From an uncultured Acidimicrobiia bacterium (GTDB lineage Bacteria > Actinomycetota > Acidimicrobiia > Acidimicrobiales > AC-14): a DNA stretch of 64,000 nucleotides. Shown here in pieces: positions 28,486-37,393 of the stretch. Numbering within the stretch: the first letter of the stretch is position 1; each line of letters opens with the position of its first letter. Under the pieces are notes generated by a model. It saw only the letters and a list, made by a program, of their open reading frames with translations. It was not told the origin of the DNA and searched no databases. The translations under genes were made by a program, and so were the position numbers. Location: NCBI GenBank assembly GCA_963836205.1, contig CAWIIV010000006.1, forward strand, positions 576,001 to 640,000, given 5' to 3'.

Positions 28486-31400
28486 ATGGCGGCAGTCCTC
28501 CTCGTCTGGCTGCGGTACACGCTGCTCGGCGGAGCGATGCTTTTGGGCTGGTTGCGGCGCGTCTTCTATTCCGGCTGGCGACGGCCATTGGCCTGGCTGG
28601 CCGTCGTCGCGGCCGGGATGTGGGTCCTCGTGAACCCGGGCCCAGTGGGCGGCGGGTGGTGGAAGATCGAGCCGGTGCTCGGCGTCTATGCCGTTCTCGT
28701 ATCGATCCGCTGGATCTGGAAGGCCAGGACCCGTCTCGTCATCGGCACCTTCATCGACTACCGGCTCGACAAGCCCACGCCTCTGCCGGGCCTCAGCGCC
28801 CTGCTGCAAGTGGAGCTCGGCCGCCTCTACGACCTGGTCAACCTCGTCGACCAGAATCGCGCCGTCCCCGACATCCTGCGCGGCCCGCAGAGCGTGTCCT
28901 TCGACGAGCAGCGCACCCTGGACGAGGCCGAGGACGATCCCAATCTCATCGTGGACGAACCCCTCGACGTCCCCGCCCCCATGATGGCGGAGGACCTCAC
29001 CGAAGTCCTCGACGCCGCCCTCAGCGTCGAGGCGACGATGCTGGTCGGGCGGGTGAAGATCCCCATCGGCGCCCTCGCCGGCCTCGTCGGCCGTCTGGCC
29101 CAGGGGCCTCGGCTCAGCGGTTCCCTGCACCGCACCGACCAGGGCCTCGTCCTCACCGCCCGAACGGTCGGCACCGCCCAGGCCCGGACCTGGCGGGTCG
29201 ACGGCGCACCGGCGACCGCCGGAGAGGGCGATCCCGAGGAGTGGCCCGAGGCACTTCTCGACGAGCTGGCGGTGCGCATCTTCACCGATCTCGCCCTCGA
29301 GGGATCGGTGAAGTGGCAGGCGACGTGGGCCTACGTCAAGGGCCTGCGCGCCTACCGGGGCTCCCTCCGCACGAGGAAGGACCGCCGGCTCGGCCTGGAG
29401 CGGGCCAAGGACCATTTCATCGAGACCATTGCCGAGGACGAGCGGTTCGACCTGGCCCACTACAACCTGGGCGTGGTGGCGACCGAGCTCAGCCAGAAAG
29501 AGGCGGCGGAGTCCGCGTTCCTGGCCGCCATCCGGTTGAACAACCAGCGGTGGGCCCCGTACTACGGCCTGGCCCAGCTGTATTTCGCCAACGATCGCCA
29601 CGACGAGGTGCTGCCCCTGTGCGGTCGCATCCTCCACCTCCGCCAGCACCGGGCGGAGGCGTACCACCTGCGAGCGCTCAGCAACCGCCGCAACCGAGAC
29701 CTGGACGCGGCCATGAAGGACAGGAATGCCGCCGCCCGCTGTTCGTGGCTCAGACTCTGCGGGGCCGTCGTCCAGGGCCGGGAGAGCGACGCCCGGAAGC
29801 TGGCCGCCACCAGCCTGCGGAACCTGGGCTGCCTCCGGGCCTACGACGCCAAGCGGAAGTGGCCGGCGCTCGAGGCTCCGGGGAACGAGGACAAGGAACG
29901 GAGGTCGCTACGACTCCGGCTGGGCTACCTGGCCGCGGCCAAGGAGCTGAAGCAGGGTCGCTTCGTCAACCCGTCCGACGCCGAGCTCCATTTCGAGCTG
30001 GGAAAGATCTACGCCGCCCGGAGGCAGTGGTTGCGGGCCGCCCGCCAGTTGGAGAAGGCGGTGGAGATCGATCCCGATCGGCCCCGCTTCTGGATTCAGT
30101 TGGCACGGGCCTACGCCGGACCCCGCTCCGATCGTCAGCGTCGACTGTGCCAGCGGCGGGCGTTGTTCGCCTCGGAACGGGCCCGGACCCAGCCGTCGTT
30201 GATCGTCGACCAGGGTTTCGAACGCCTGAAGAAGGTCTACACCCGGTTGGAATGTGACGAACACCTCAGCCAGGTACGAGAGCTGCAGGAGTTCGAGAAC
30301 GACCGCCGCACGTGGAACGGGACGGTCCCATCGAGCCCCGAACTGGAGAGGCGCCTGTCGGGGCTGAAGTCGGGGCCGGTGTGGGAGAGGACCCAGGTCT
30401 GCGTCCAGCTGGCGGAGCGCTACCTCGACGTGATCGACAAGAAGCGGGCCTCGCGCGTTGCCGATCTCCTGGCCGACAACCTCGAAGACCTGCGCCGCCA
30501 CCACCCGCGTGAGGTGAAGGAGAACCACATCTACGCCTTGGTTGCGGAAGCCCTCCACGCGGCCGACCGCGACACCGACGCGCTGCGCTATGGCGAAGCG
30601 GCTGTCTTCTACGACCCTCTGAGCGCCCGGGCGCGCAAGGCCCTGGCCGCGGTGTACGCAACTCTGGGGCACTTCGAGCAGGCCACCGACGCGTGGCGGG
30701 CCGCCCTTGTCTGCGACCCCGATGGCCCCGACACCAACCTCGCCCTGGGTGAGACCCTCATGCGCCACGCCCTCGGATCTCCGGAGTCGGACGCCCGCCG
30801 GGCGATGTTCACCGAGGCCACGACCTACCTGCGCAGTGCGCTCAAGCTCGCCGCCGTCTCAGGCATCTCGACCGGACCCCGGGACGGCGCGTCGAAGATG
30901 TCGGAGATCGAGGGCAGAGCGCGCTTCTGGCTCGGTCGGGCCGCCTTCGAGCTGGACGTCTACGAGCAGGCCGTCACCCATCTGCAGGTCTGCGTAACGC
31001 TCGACCACGAGCCCCTTCTGGCCCGTCTCCGGCTCGGAGTCGCCTACCTGCGCATGGGTCACGTGTGCGACGGAGAGCGCGTCCTGGCGGAGATCAAGAG
31101 CTACGCCGAAGCCATGGCGTCGTCACCGCAGAACGGATCGACCATCGTCGGGCCCCTCGGCGACAGGCTGACGGTCAGAGAGGTGCTGGCGTGGGCGAGG
31201 GTCTACCTGGCCGGTTCGCGCATCGAGCGGGATGTCGACCTGGAGGACGCGATCAAGGACATCCGGGAAGTCGCCGCGAAGGCCCGGTCAAAGTCCGACG
31301 GCGGCACTTCGCCGGGCCTGCTGGCGGCGTGCGCGGACAAGGAGGGGTGGGCCCGATTCCTGCTCAACGAGCACGAGCGCGCCGTCGAGAAGTTGCAGGA

Positions 31401-31653
31401 GTCGATTCGACTGGAGCCCACCGCCGAGGCCTACCTCCACCTCGCCCAGGTGCACGCAAACCGGGCGCTCGACACCACGGCACCGGCCAAACGCCTCCGC
31501 GACGAGACCCGCGCCCGGCACTACGGCGAGTTCGCTCGGAGCCTGGGCCTGGGATCCCAACAGGCTGAGCCCCTCGATCGCCTCATCCGACGCCTCGATG
31601 TCGAAGGGCCCCCGCAACAGGACTCGTGCCCGGCGCTCCTCCACGTTCTCTAG
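28486..31653 (+). CDS. Large TPR-repeat protein with N-terminal TM segments
   Basis: Hydrophobic N-terminus, then repeated TPR-like helices (AHYNLG, PYYGLA, LHFELG, TNLALG, ARFWLG, AYLHLA). Confidence 0.85.
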   Translation: MAAVLLVWLRYTLLGGAMLLGWLRRVFYSGWRRPLAWLAVVAAGMWVLVNPGPVGGGWWKIEPVLGVYAVLVSIRWIWKARTRLVIGTFIDYRLDKPTPLPGLSALLQVELGRLYDLVNLVDQNRAVPDILRGPQSVSFDEQRTLDEAEDDPNLIVDEPLDVPAPMMAEDLTEVLDAALSVEATMLVGRVKIPIGALAGLVGRLAQGPRLSGSLHRTDQGLVLTARTVGTAQARTWRVDGAPATAGEGDPEEWPEALLDELAVRIFTDLALEGSVKWQATWAYVKGLRAYRGSLRTRKDRRLGLERAKDHFIETIAEDERFDLAHYNLGVVATELSQKEAAESAFLAAIRLNNQRWAPYYGLAQLYFANDRHDEVLPLCGRILHLRQHRAEAYHLRALSNRRNRDLDAAMKDRNAAARCSWLRLCGAVVQGRESDARKLAATSLRNLGCLRAYDAKRKWPALEAPGNEDKERRSLRLRLGYLAAAKELKQGRFVNPSDAELHFELGKIYAARRQWLRAARQLEKAVEIDPDRPRFWIQLARAYAGPRSDRQRRLCQRRALFASERARTQPSLIVDQGFERLKKVYTRLECDEHLSQVRELQEFENDRRTWNGTVPSSPELERRLSGLKSGPVWERTQVCVQLAERYLDVIDKKRASRVADLLADNLEDLRRHHPREVKENHIYALVAEALHAADRDTDALRYGEAAVFYDPLSARARKALAAVYATLGHFEQATDAWRAALVCDPDGPDTNLALGETLMRHALGSPESDARRAMFTEATTYLRSALKLAAVSGISTGPRDGASKMSEIEGRARFWLGRAAFELDVYEQAVTHLQVCVTLDHEPLLARLRLGVAYLRMGHVCDGERVLAEIKSYAEAMASSPQNGSTIVGPLGDRLTVREVLAWARVYLAGSRIERDVDLEDAIKDIREVAAKARSKSDGGTSPGLLAACADKEGWARFLLNEHERAVEKLQESIRLEPTAEAYLHLAQVHANRALDTTAPAKRLRDETRARHYGEFARSLGLGSQQAEPLDRLIRRLDVEGPPQQDSCPALLHVL

Positions 31654-31802
31654 CAACCGTCTGATTTGTCAAGAGTCCTGCGGACCGCGGTGAAATAGGC
31701 GTCCGTTGTCGGGCGCGTCGATCCGGGTGCGGGGTGCTCCCCCCTTTTCGGCGGCCTCCCTGCGGCAGCACGCTGACTTACGCGACCTCGCACGAGGGCG
31801 GG

Positions 31803-32180
31803 TCAGATGTGGTCGACCTCGATCTTGCCCGCCGCCCCAAGCCGGAGGTAACAGACCGTGTGGACCGCGAACACAGAGGCAGCGAACTCGTCGTCGTTAG
31901 CCCATCGGGTGTAGATCGCGCCCTGCTTATTGAGAACCTCCCCCACGGCAAGCATGGCCTGACCGGTCGCGTCGACGCTCGCCAGGGCCTGATGCCTCGG
32001 GATGCGGTGCCGCTTGAAGACGGCGTTACTTTGGCCGAGCACCGCGACCCAATCCTCGAGTTCGACGCCATCTTGCCGAACCAGGTCCATCACGCCGCAC
32101 ATGCCATGGCCGTTCATTCGCAGGTACGCAGCCGGGGAAAGGTGTTGCAAGGTGATGGCTATCGCCTCTTCCAGGCCCAT
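31803..32180 (-). CDS. Hypothetical cargo protein (125 aa)
   Basis: ATG 32180, globular-looking composition, lower GC; its TGA lies in the junction with the IS right-end remnant. Confidence 0.55.
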   Translation of the reverse strand: MGLEEAIAITLQHLSPAAYLRMNGHGMCGVMDLVRQDGVELEDWVAVLGQSNAVFKRHRIPRHQALASVDATGQAMLAVGEVLNKQGAIYTRWANDDEFAASVFAVHTVCYLRLGAAGKIEVDHI

Positions 32181-32992
32181 CCGGGCCCGAACGGAACTCC
32201 GATCTGGTCTCGCCCGGCCCAACGCCTCAGAGCGCGCTGAACGAGCTGCTCCCCGCTCGGGGAACTGCTGCCGACGCCCGAAGCCGGCAGCCCGGGGGGG
32301 GCCTGTTGGGCTGTCGCAGGAGGCCGTGGCGCAGGCGCGGTAGGTTTCACCGGCCAGTCCTCCCCAGCAGCCGCATTTCGCCAGGTGCGGTCATTCTGGT
32401 ATCGGGGCACGATCTCCTTGCCAGTGAAGCCAAGGACCTCCTCAAGGATCAGCCTGATCGGAGCAGGCCCGGGGAGGCGGGCGAGGGATTCGCTCAGTCC
32501 GTCCTCACCGGGAGCGACGATGGCGACCTCCAGTTCGTCATACTCGAGTCGACAGGCAGCTGCCCGAGCTTCGATCCCAGCGGCAGCGAGCCGATCATTC
32601 GCTGCATCGAGCGCCGCGGCGAGCCGCTGGACGGCCGACCCGCCGACCCGTTGGGCGGGCCTTTGCTCGGATTTCGGAGTAGCACGGCCGACTTCCCCCG
32701 TTGGACGGGGTCTAGCTGGAGGCCCGCCCGATGAACTTCGGACCCTGATGTAGCTGGCGCTGGAGCGACCGTCGCCGTCTACCCCGACGACGGTCAGGCC
32801 TTCCCGCTGAAGGCGTTCGACGGCGAGGTCGGTAAGAACATCCAACCGGTAGCGGATAGGGAAGTCAGTCGATCGCACCGCCACGACAAATTCTCCCTGC
32901 CCGCCATTGGCAGCCTCGCGTGCCTGCCGGTCGATCTCAGCGAAGCCCCGTCCGAGCCCGTCCGAGCCGGTCAGCTTCGAAAACAGCCCCAC
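32159..32992 (-). CDS. Hypothetical cargo protein
   Basis: GGGAGG RBS, MGLFSKL start, lower-GC codons; the C-terminal part may be spurious. Confidence 0.6.
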   Translation of the reverse strand: MGLFSKLTGSDGLGRGFAEIDRQAREAANGGQGEFVVAVRSTDFPIRYRLDVLTDLAVERLQREGLTVVGVDGDGRSSASYIRVRSSSGGPPARPRPTGEVGRATPKSEQRPAQRVGGSAVQRLAAALDAANDRLAAAGIEARAAACRLEYDELEVAIVAPGEDGLSESLARLPGPAPIRLILEEVLGFTGKEIVPRYQNDRTWRNAAAGEDWPVKPTAPAPRPPATAQQAPPGLPASGVGSSSPSGEQLVQRALRRWAGRDQIGVPFGPGWAWKRR

Positions 32993-33122
32993 GTTTCCCT
33001 CCCAATTCAGTGCCCATCACGGTCGCCAGAGAACGCTGATACACCTCCGACAGGGTCCCCCACTCGCTTGAGCAGGGGTCCCAGCGTGGAGTCGGCAACC
33101 CCGACCTCACAGGAGGATTCCG

Positions 33123-34526
33123 ATGGCCCACGTTGGAGGACAGCTTCAAGCGCAGTTCATGGCCCGTATCCGCGGGCGTGACCCCGAGCGTTGCCTGGTG
33201 GTGCCCGTCGACGTCGGCAAGTCGTCGGCGATGGCGCTCGTCGCCGACCACTACGGCGAGATGGTCGTGGCGCCCTTCGAGTTCGTCCTCACCGAGACCG
33301 GGTTCGCGGTGCTGTCGGGAGCGATCGCCCGGGCCGAGGCGACGCGCTCGGCCGAGGTCGTGCGGGTCGGGGTGGAATCGGCCGGGCACTACCACCGCAC
33401 GCTCGTGGCCCGCCTGCGGGCCGGCGGCCACGAGGTCGTCGAGCTCAACCCGGCGGCGGTGAAGGAGGCCCGGTCCCAGCAGCTGCTGCGCCGCCTCAAG
33501 AGCGACGCCCGGGACCTGGGGGCGATGGCCGAGCTGATGATCCGTGGCGCCGGCCGCCCCCCGGCGGTGCGCACCGACGCCCTGGCCACCCAGGGCGCAT
33601 GGGTCGCCCACCGCCGGCGCAAGGTGTCGGCCCGGGTGGCGCTGGCCAACCAGGTCATCGGCCAGCTCGACCTGGTCTTCCCCGGCCTCGACGGCTGCTT
33701 CTCCGACCTGCTCGGCGCCCGCGCCGGGCGGGTGATCGTCACCCACATCTGCGACCCCGACCGCGTCCGGCGCCAGGGGATCGAGGGCCTGCGTCGCTTC
33801 GTGGCCCGACGAGGCGTGACGCTGTCGGGGCCCAAGGCCACCCAGGTTGTCGAGGCGGCCCGGGTGGCGCTGCGCCTGCCAGCCGCAGAGCGGGCCGTCC
33901 TGGGCAGGGTCTTAGCCGCTGACCTGGCTCTTCTCGCCAGCCTCGAGGCCGGGATCGTCGCCGCCGAGGTGTCCCTGGCCGAGGTCCTGGCGGACACCCC
34001 GGCGCGGATACTGACCTCCCTGCCCGGGGTGGCGGTGGTGCGGGCCTCGAACTACGGCGCCGGCATCGGCGACCCGGCCCGGTTCCCGAACGCGGCCGCC
34101 GCCTACCGGGCGGCGGGCCTGGTCCCGACGCTGTACGAGTCGGCCGGGAGATCCCGGTCCCGCCAGCACATCAGCCGGGAAGGCTCCGTCGAGCTGCGCC
34201 AGGCGATCATCGAGCTCGGCCGGGGCCTGGCCCAGCACGAGGCCGACTTCCGCCACTACCGCCGCCGGATCCTCGACTCGGGCAAGCCGGCCTCGGTGGC
34301 GGCCGTCGCCGTCGGCCATCGGGCCCACCGCCTGGCCTTCGCCATGCTGCGCGACCAGTTGCCCTACGACCCGGCCCGATGGACCGAGTCGGTGGCGGCG
34401 GGCATGACCGCCATGGCGAAGACCCGACGGGCCCACCAGAACGACGTGACGTGCCCGCCGCCGGCCACCAGCGTGCCCGAAGGGGGTGAGGCCGACAACA
34501 CCACCGCCAGACGCTCTCGGGGCTGA
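33123..34526 (+). CDS. IS110 family transposase/recombinase (DEDD RuvC-like + Tnp domain)
   Basis: VPVDVGK, VGVESAGHY, KSDARD, LTSLPGV, AGLVP..YESAG, ISREGSVELR; AGGAGG RBS. Confidence 0.95.
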   Translation: MAHVGGQLQAQFMARIRGRDPERCLVVPVDVGKSSAMALVADHYGEMVVAPFEFVLTETGFAVLSGAIARAEATRSAEVVRVGVESAGHYHRTLVARLRAGGHEVVELNPAAVKEARSQQLLRRLKSDARDLGAMAELMIRGAGRPPAVRTDALATQGAWVAHRRRKVSARVALANQVIGQLDLVFPGLDGCFSDLLGARAGRVIVTHICDPDRVRRQGIEGLRRFVARRGVTLSGPKATQVVEAARVALRLPAAERAVLGRVLAADLALLASLEAGIVAAEVSLAEVLADTPARILTSLPGVAVVRASNYGAGIGDPARFPNAAAAYRAAGLVPTLYESAGRSRSRQHISREGSVELRQAIIELGRGLAQHEADFRHYRRRILDSGKPASVAAVAVGHRAHRLAFAMLRDQLPYDPARWTESVAAGMTAMAKTRRAHQNDVTCPPPATSVPEGGEADNTTARRSRG

Positions 34527-34700
34527 AACGCCCCGAGATCGGCGGCGGGGGGCCCGGACCGATGTCGAGTGCGCTACGACGTCCTTCGGGAACGTCGCTT
34601 CTAGCATGACGCCGGGTCCCTCCCACTGAAGCGAGCGCGAACGTGGTTGCCTGACCCGCCCTCGGGCGAGGTCGCGTATGTCAGCGTGTGCCGCGAGGGA
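34390..34700 (+). ncRNA. Candidate IS110 bridge RNA (target- and donor-binding loops)
   Basis: Stem 34394-34404/34452-34462. Stem 34551-34557/34612-34618 encloses CGCT, a UUCG hairpin and TCTAG. A loop GGTTGC-CT, hairpin, GTATGTCAG spans 34645-34684. These segments match the element junctions. Expression not shown. Confidence 0.65.
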
Positions 34701-34826
34701 GGCCGCCGAACCGGAAATCACCCCGAACCGGATCGACGCGCCCCTCGACGGACGCCTACTTCACCGCGGCTCCACAAGACTGTTGACAAACCAGACGGTT
34801 GCTAGACCCGAGTGGTCAAAGGGTGC

Positions 34827-35104
34827 CTACGTGCTCTTCGTGCGGCTCCACTCCCAGTTGCCGGGGCCGCTGTCCCACCAAACATGCCACCCGGGGAAGC
34901 TGGAGCCGCTGGAGGGGAAGATCAACAGCTTGGTCACGGCTTTTCCGAAGTCGTAGAAGGCGCCGACGTCCGCCTTGCCGCCGTTGAAGTCACCGACCAC
35001 CGGCTTCGTGCGGCTCCACTCCCAGTTGCCGGGGCCGCTGTCCCCACCAAACCTGCCATCCTGGAAACCCACTGCCGCTGGAAATGAACACCAAGAGCTT
35101 GGTG
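34827..35104 (-). pseudogene. Fragment of an FG-GAP/VCBS-like repeat protein (two near-identical repeats)
   Basis: WWDSGPGNWEWSRTK appears twice (one copy with a frameshift) around PVVGDFNGGKADVGAFYDFG. Confidence 0.7.
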
Positions 35105-35390
35105 TGCCGCGCCACGAGCGTGCGGTGGTAGTGCCCGACCGACTCCACCCCGACCCGCACGATCTCGGCCGAGCGTGCCGCCTCGGCCCGGGCGATCGAG
35201 GCCGCCAGTACCGCGAAGCGGGTCTCGGTGAGGGCGAACTCGAACGGAGCCACAACCATCTCGCCGTAGTGGTCGGCGACCAACCCATCGCCGCCGACCT
35301 GCCGACCGGCACCACCAGGCAGCACTCGAGGTCCCGCCCGCGGATGCGTGCCATGAACTGCGCTTGGAGCTGTCCTCCAACATGGGCCAT
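35105..35390 (-). pseudogene. Truncated, frameshifted N-terminus of an IS110 transposase
   Basis: MAHVGGQLQAQFMARIRGRD...LVADHYGEMVVAPFEF...VGVESVGHYHRTLVAR, nearly identical to 33123 onward, with small deletions. Confidence 0.9.
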
Positions 35391-35574
35391 CGGATGTCCT
35401 CCTGTGAGAGTCGGTTGCCGACTCCACGCTGGGGGGGCCCTGCTCAGGTCGAGTGGGGGACCCTATCGAAGGTGCATCAGCGGCGAGGGCCAAGGGGGGA
35501 CGAAACGGCGCCGCCGACGACGGAAGGGGCCGCCTCGACGACATCGTCGCTCGGGACGGCGGACGCCCCTTCGA

Positions 35575-35904
35575 GCGGCGTGCGCGGACAAGGAGGGGTG
35601 GGCCCGTTTCCAGCTCAACGACCACGAGCGCGCCGTCGAGAAGTTGCAAGAGTCGATTCGACTGGAGCCCACCGCCGAGGCCTACCTCCACCTCGCCCAG
35701 GTGCACGCAAACCGGGCGCTCGACACCACCGCACCGGCCAAACGCCTCCGCGACGAGTCCCGCGCCCGGCACTACGGCGAGTTCGCTCGGAGCCTGGGCC
35801 TGGGATCCCAACAGGCTGAGCCCCTCGATCGCCTCATCCGACGCCTCGATGTCGAAGGGCCCCCGCAACAGGACTCGTGCCCGGCGCTCCTCCACGTTCT
35901 CTAG
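35575..35904 (+). repeat. 330-bp direct duplication of the TPR gene 3' end (31324-31653)
   Basis: Colinear at offset 4251 with about 6 substitutions seen by eye; ends in the same TAG. Confidence 0.95.
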
Positions 35905-36118
35905 CGGCCTGTGGCCCCCGGCGGACGGCAGGGTCCGCCTCGACGACCTCGCCACTCGGACGGGCGGGCGACCTTCGGCCCACGGACCGCCGTTAGTATC
36001 CGGATCGCCCCCGCCGCCCGTCGGCCGAACGTCCCGGAGCCGTCCCGCGCCCTCCCCCGCCAACCGCGCCGACACCCCCAGCCGGCTCCGGCAGTGGGCC
36101 CGGGCCTCGGAGGGCACG

Positions 36119-37393
36119 GTGGCCATCGCCGCCGGGCTGATGGTGCTCGGCCTCACCGCCTACGGCTTCCTGGTCATCGCCGCCCGGGCGCTGGGCCCCG
36201 AGGCCTACGCCCCCTTGTCAGCCCTGTGGGCGATCGTCTTCCTCGTCGGACCGGGTTGCTTCATCCCCATCGAGCAGGAGCTGGCTCGCAGCCTGGCTGC
36301 CCGGCGGGCCGCGGGCCTGGGCGGGGGGCCGGTGATCCGGCGGGCGGCGGCCCTCGGCGGCGGTGCCCTCCTGTTCCTCACCGTGGCCTGCACCGTGGCC
36401 GGCGTGGTCCTCCTCGACCAGCTGTTCGACGGCGAGGCCCTGCTCGTGGTGGGCCTGCTCCTGTCCCTGGCCGGGTACTACGCCGAGCACCTGGCCCGGG
36501 GCGTCCTCGCCGGCTACGGACGGTTCCGGCCCTACGGCATCGCCCTCGCCACCGAGGGCACCCTGCGCCTGGTGGGCTGCGCCGTCCTGGCCGTCCTCGG
36601 CGTGGCCACCGCCGGCGCCTACGGCATCGTCCTCGGCGCCGCACCCCTGGTCGCCACCGCCGTCGCCCTGCGGGGCCAGCACGACCTCGCACCCCCGGGC
36701 CCCGAGGCCGACCGGCGGGAGCTCACGGTGGCCCTGGGCTGGCTGCTGGCCGGATCGGTGCTGGCCCAGGCTCTGGCCAACGCCGGGCCGGTGGCGGTGA
36801 AACTCCTGGCCGACGACAACGAGCGGGCCGTGGCCGGACGCTTCCTGGCCGCCCTCATCGTGGCCCGGGTGCCCCTGTTCCTCTTCACCGCCGTCCTCGC
36901 CCCCGCCCTCCCCCGCCTGGCCCGGATGGCGGCCGCCGGCGACCGCCGGGGCTTCGACGCCGGCCTCCGCCGCCTGCTGGCGCTGGTGGCGGCCCTGAGC
37001 ACGGCCGGCATCCTCGGCGCCCTGGTCGCCGGCCCCACCGTCGTGCGCACACTCTTCGGGGCCGACTTCGAGCTGCCCGCCCACGACCTCGCCACCCTGG
37101 CCGTGGCCTGCGCCGCCTACCTGTTCGCCATGACGTTGGCCCAGGCCCTCATCGCCGTCTCCGGCCACGGCCGGGTGGCGATGGCCTGGCTGGCGGGCGT
37201 GGTGTCGTTCGGAATCGTCACCGCCCTCGGGTCCGACCTCCTCACCCGGGTCGAGCTGGGGATGGTGGCCGGCGGGGTGGTATCGGCGGTGGCCATGGCC
37301 GGGCTCCTCCTCCCCCTCCTCCACCACCGGGTGGGACCGACCCCGTCGGCGGCGGGGCTCCTCACCTCGCCGCCCCCGGGGATGACGCCGTGA
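36119..37393 (+). CDS. Oligosaccharide flippase (Wzx/MOP-like)
   Basis: RALGPEAYAPLSALW, PIEQELAR, ARVPLFLF; about 12 TM segments. Start may be somewhat upstream. Confidence 0.8.
   Translation: MAIAAGLMVLGLTAYGFLVIAARALGPEAYAPLSALWAIVFLVGPGCFIPIEQELARSLAARRAAGLGGGPVIRRAAALGGGALLFLTVACTVAGVVLLDQLFDGEALLVVGLLLSLAGYYAEHLARGVLAGYGRFRPYGIALATEGTLRLVGCAVLAVLGVATAGAYGIVLGAAPLVATAVALRGQHDLAPPGPEADRRELTVALGWLLAGSVLAQALANAGPVAVKLLADDNERAVAGRFLAALIVARVPLFLFTAVLAPALPRLARMAAAGDRRGFDAGLRRLLALVAALSTAGILGALVAGPTVVRTLFGADFELPAHDLATLAVACAAYLFAMTLAQALIAVSGHGRVAMAWLAGVVSFGIVTALGSDLLTRVELGMVAGGVVSAVAMAGLLLPLLHHRVGPTPSAAGLLTSPPPGMTP

Larger units (their letters stand above)
33036..34803 (+). mobile_element. Intact IS110-family insertion sequence
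   Basis: Junctions gaacg-CT-gatacacc and acggttg-CT-agaccc; no terminal inverted repeats or longer target duplication; outward TTGACA at 34783-34788; boundaries confirmed by homology to the inverted outer copy. Confidence 0.88.
31652..35480 (-). mobile_element. Non-autonomous IS110-derived element carrying cargo and a nested IS110
   Basis: 35391-35480 is homologous to the inner IS left end and 31652-31806 to the last ~155 bp of its right end, both inverted. Both boundaries fall on a CT core (AG on +). Removal gives TTCTCTAGCGGC, identical to the uninterrupted copy at 35897-35908. Confidence 0.8.

Noticed and set aside
31651-34805. 155-bp inverted repeats as transposon terminal repeats or integron attC sites
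   Set aside because: Better explained as two oppositely oriented IS110 right ends with CT cores; no integrase or attC architecture.
31324-35904. Diversity-generating retroelement TR/VR pair (TPR 3' duplicate)
   Set aside because: Substitutions are not adenine-specific (A/T, T/A, G/C, G/A) and there is no reverse transcriptase in the window.
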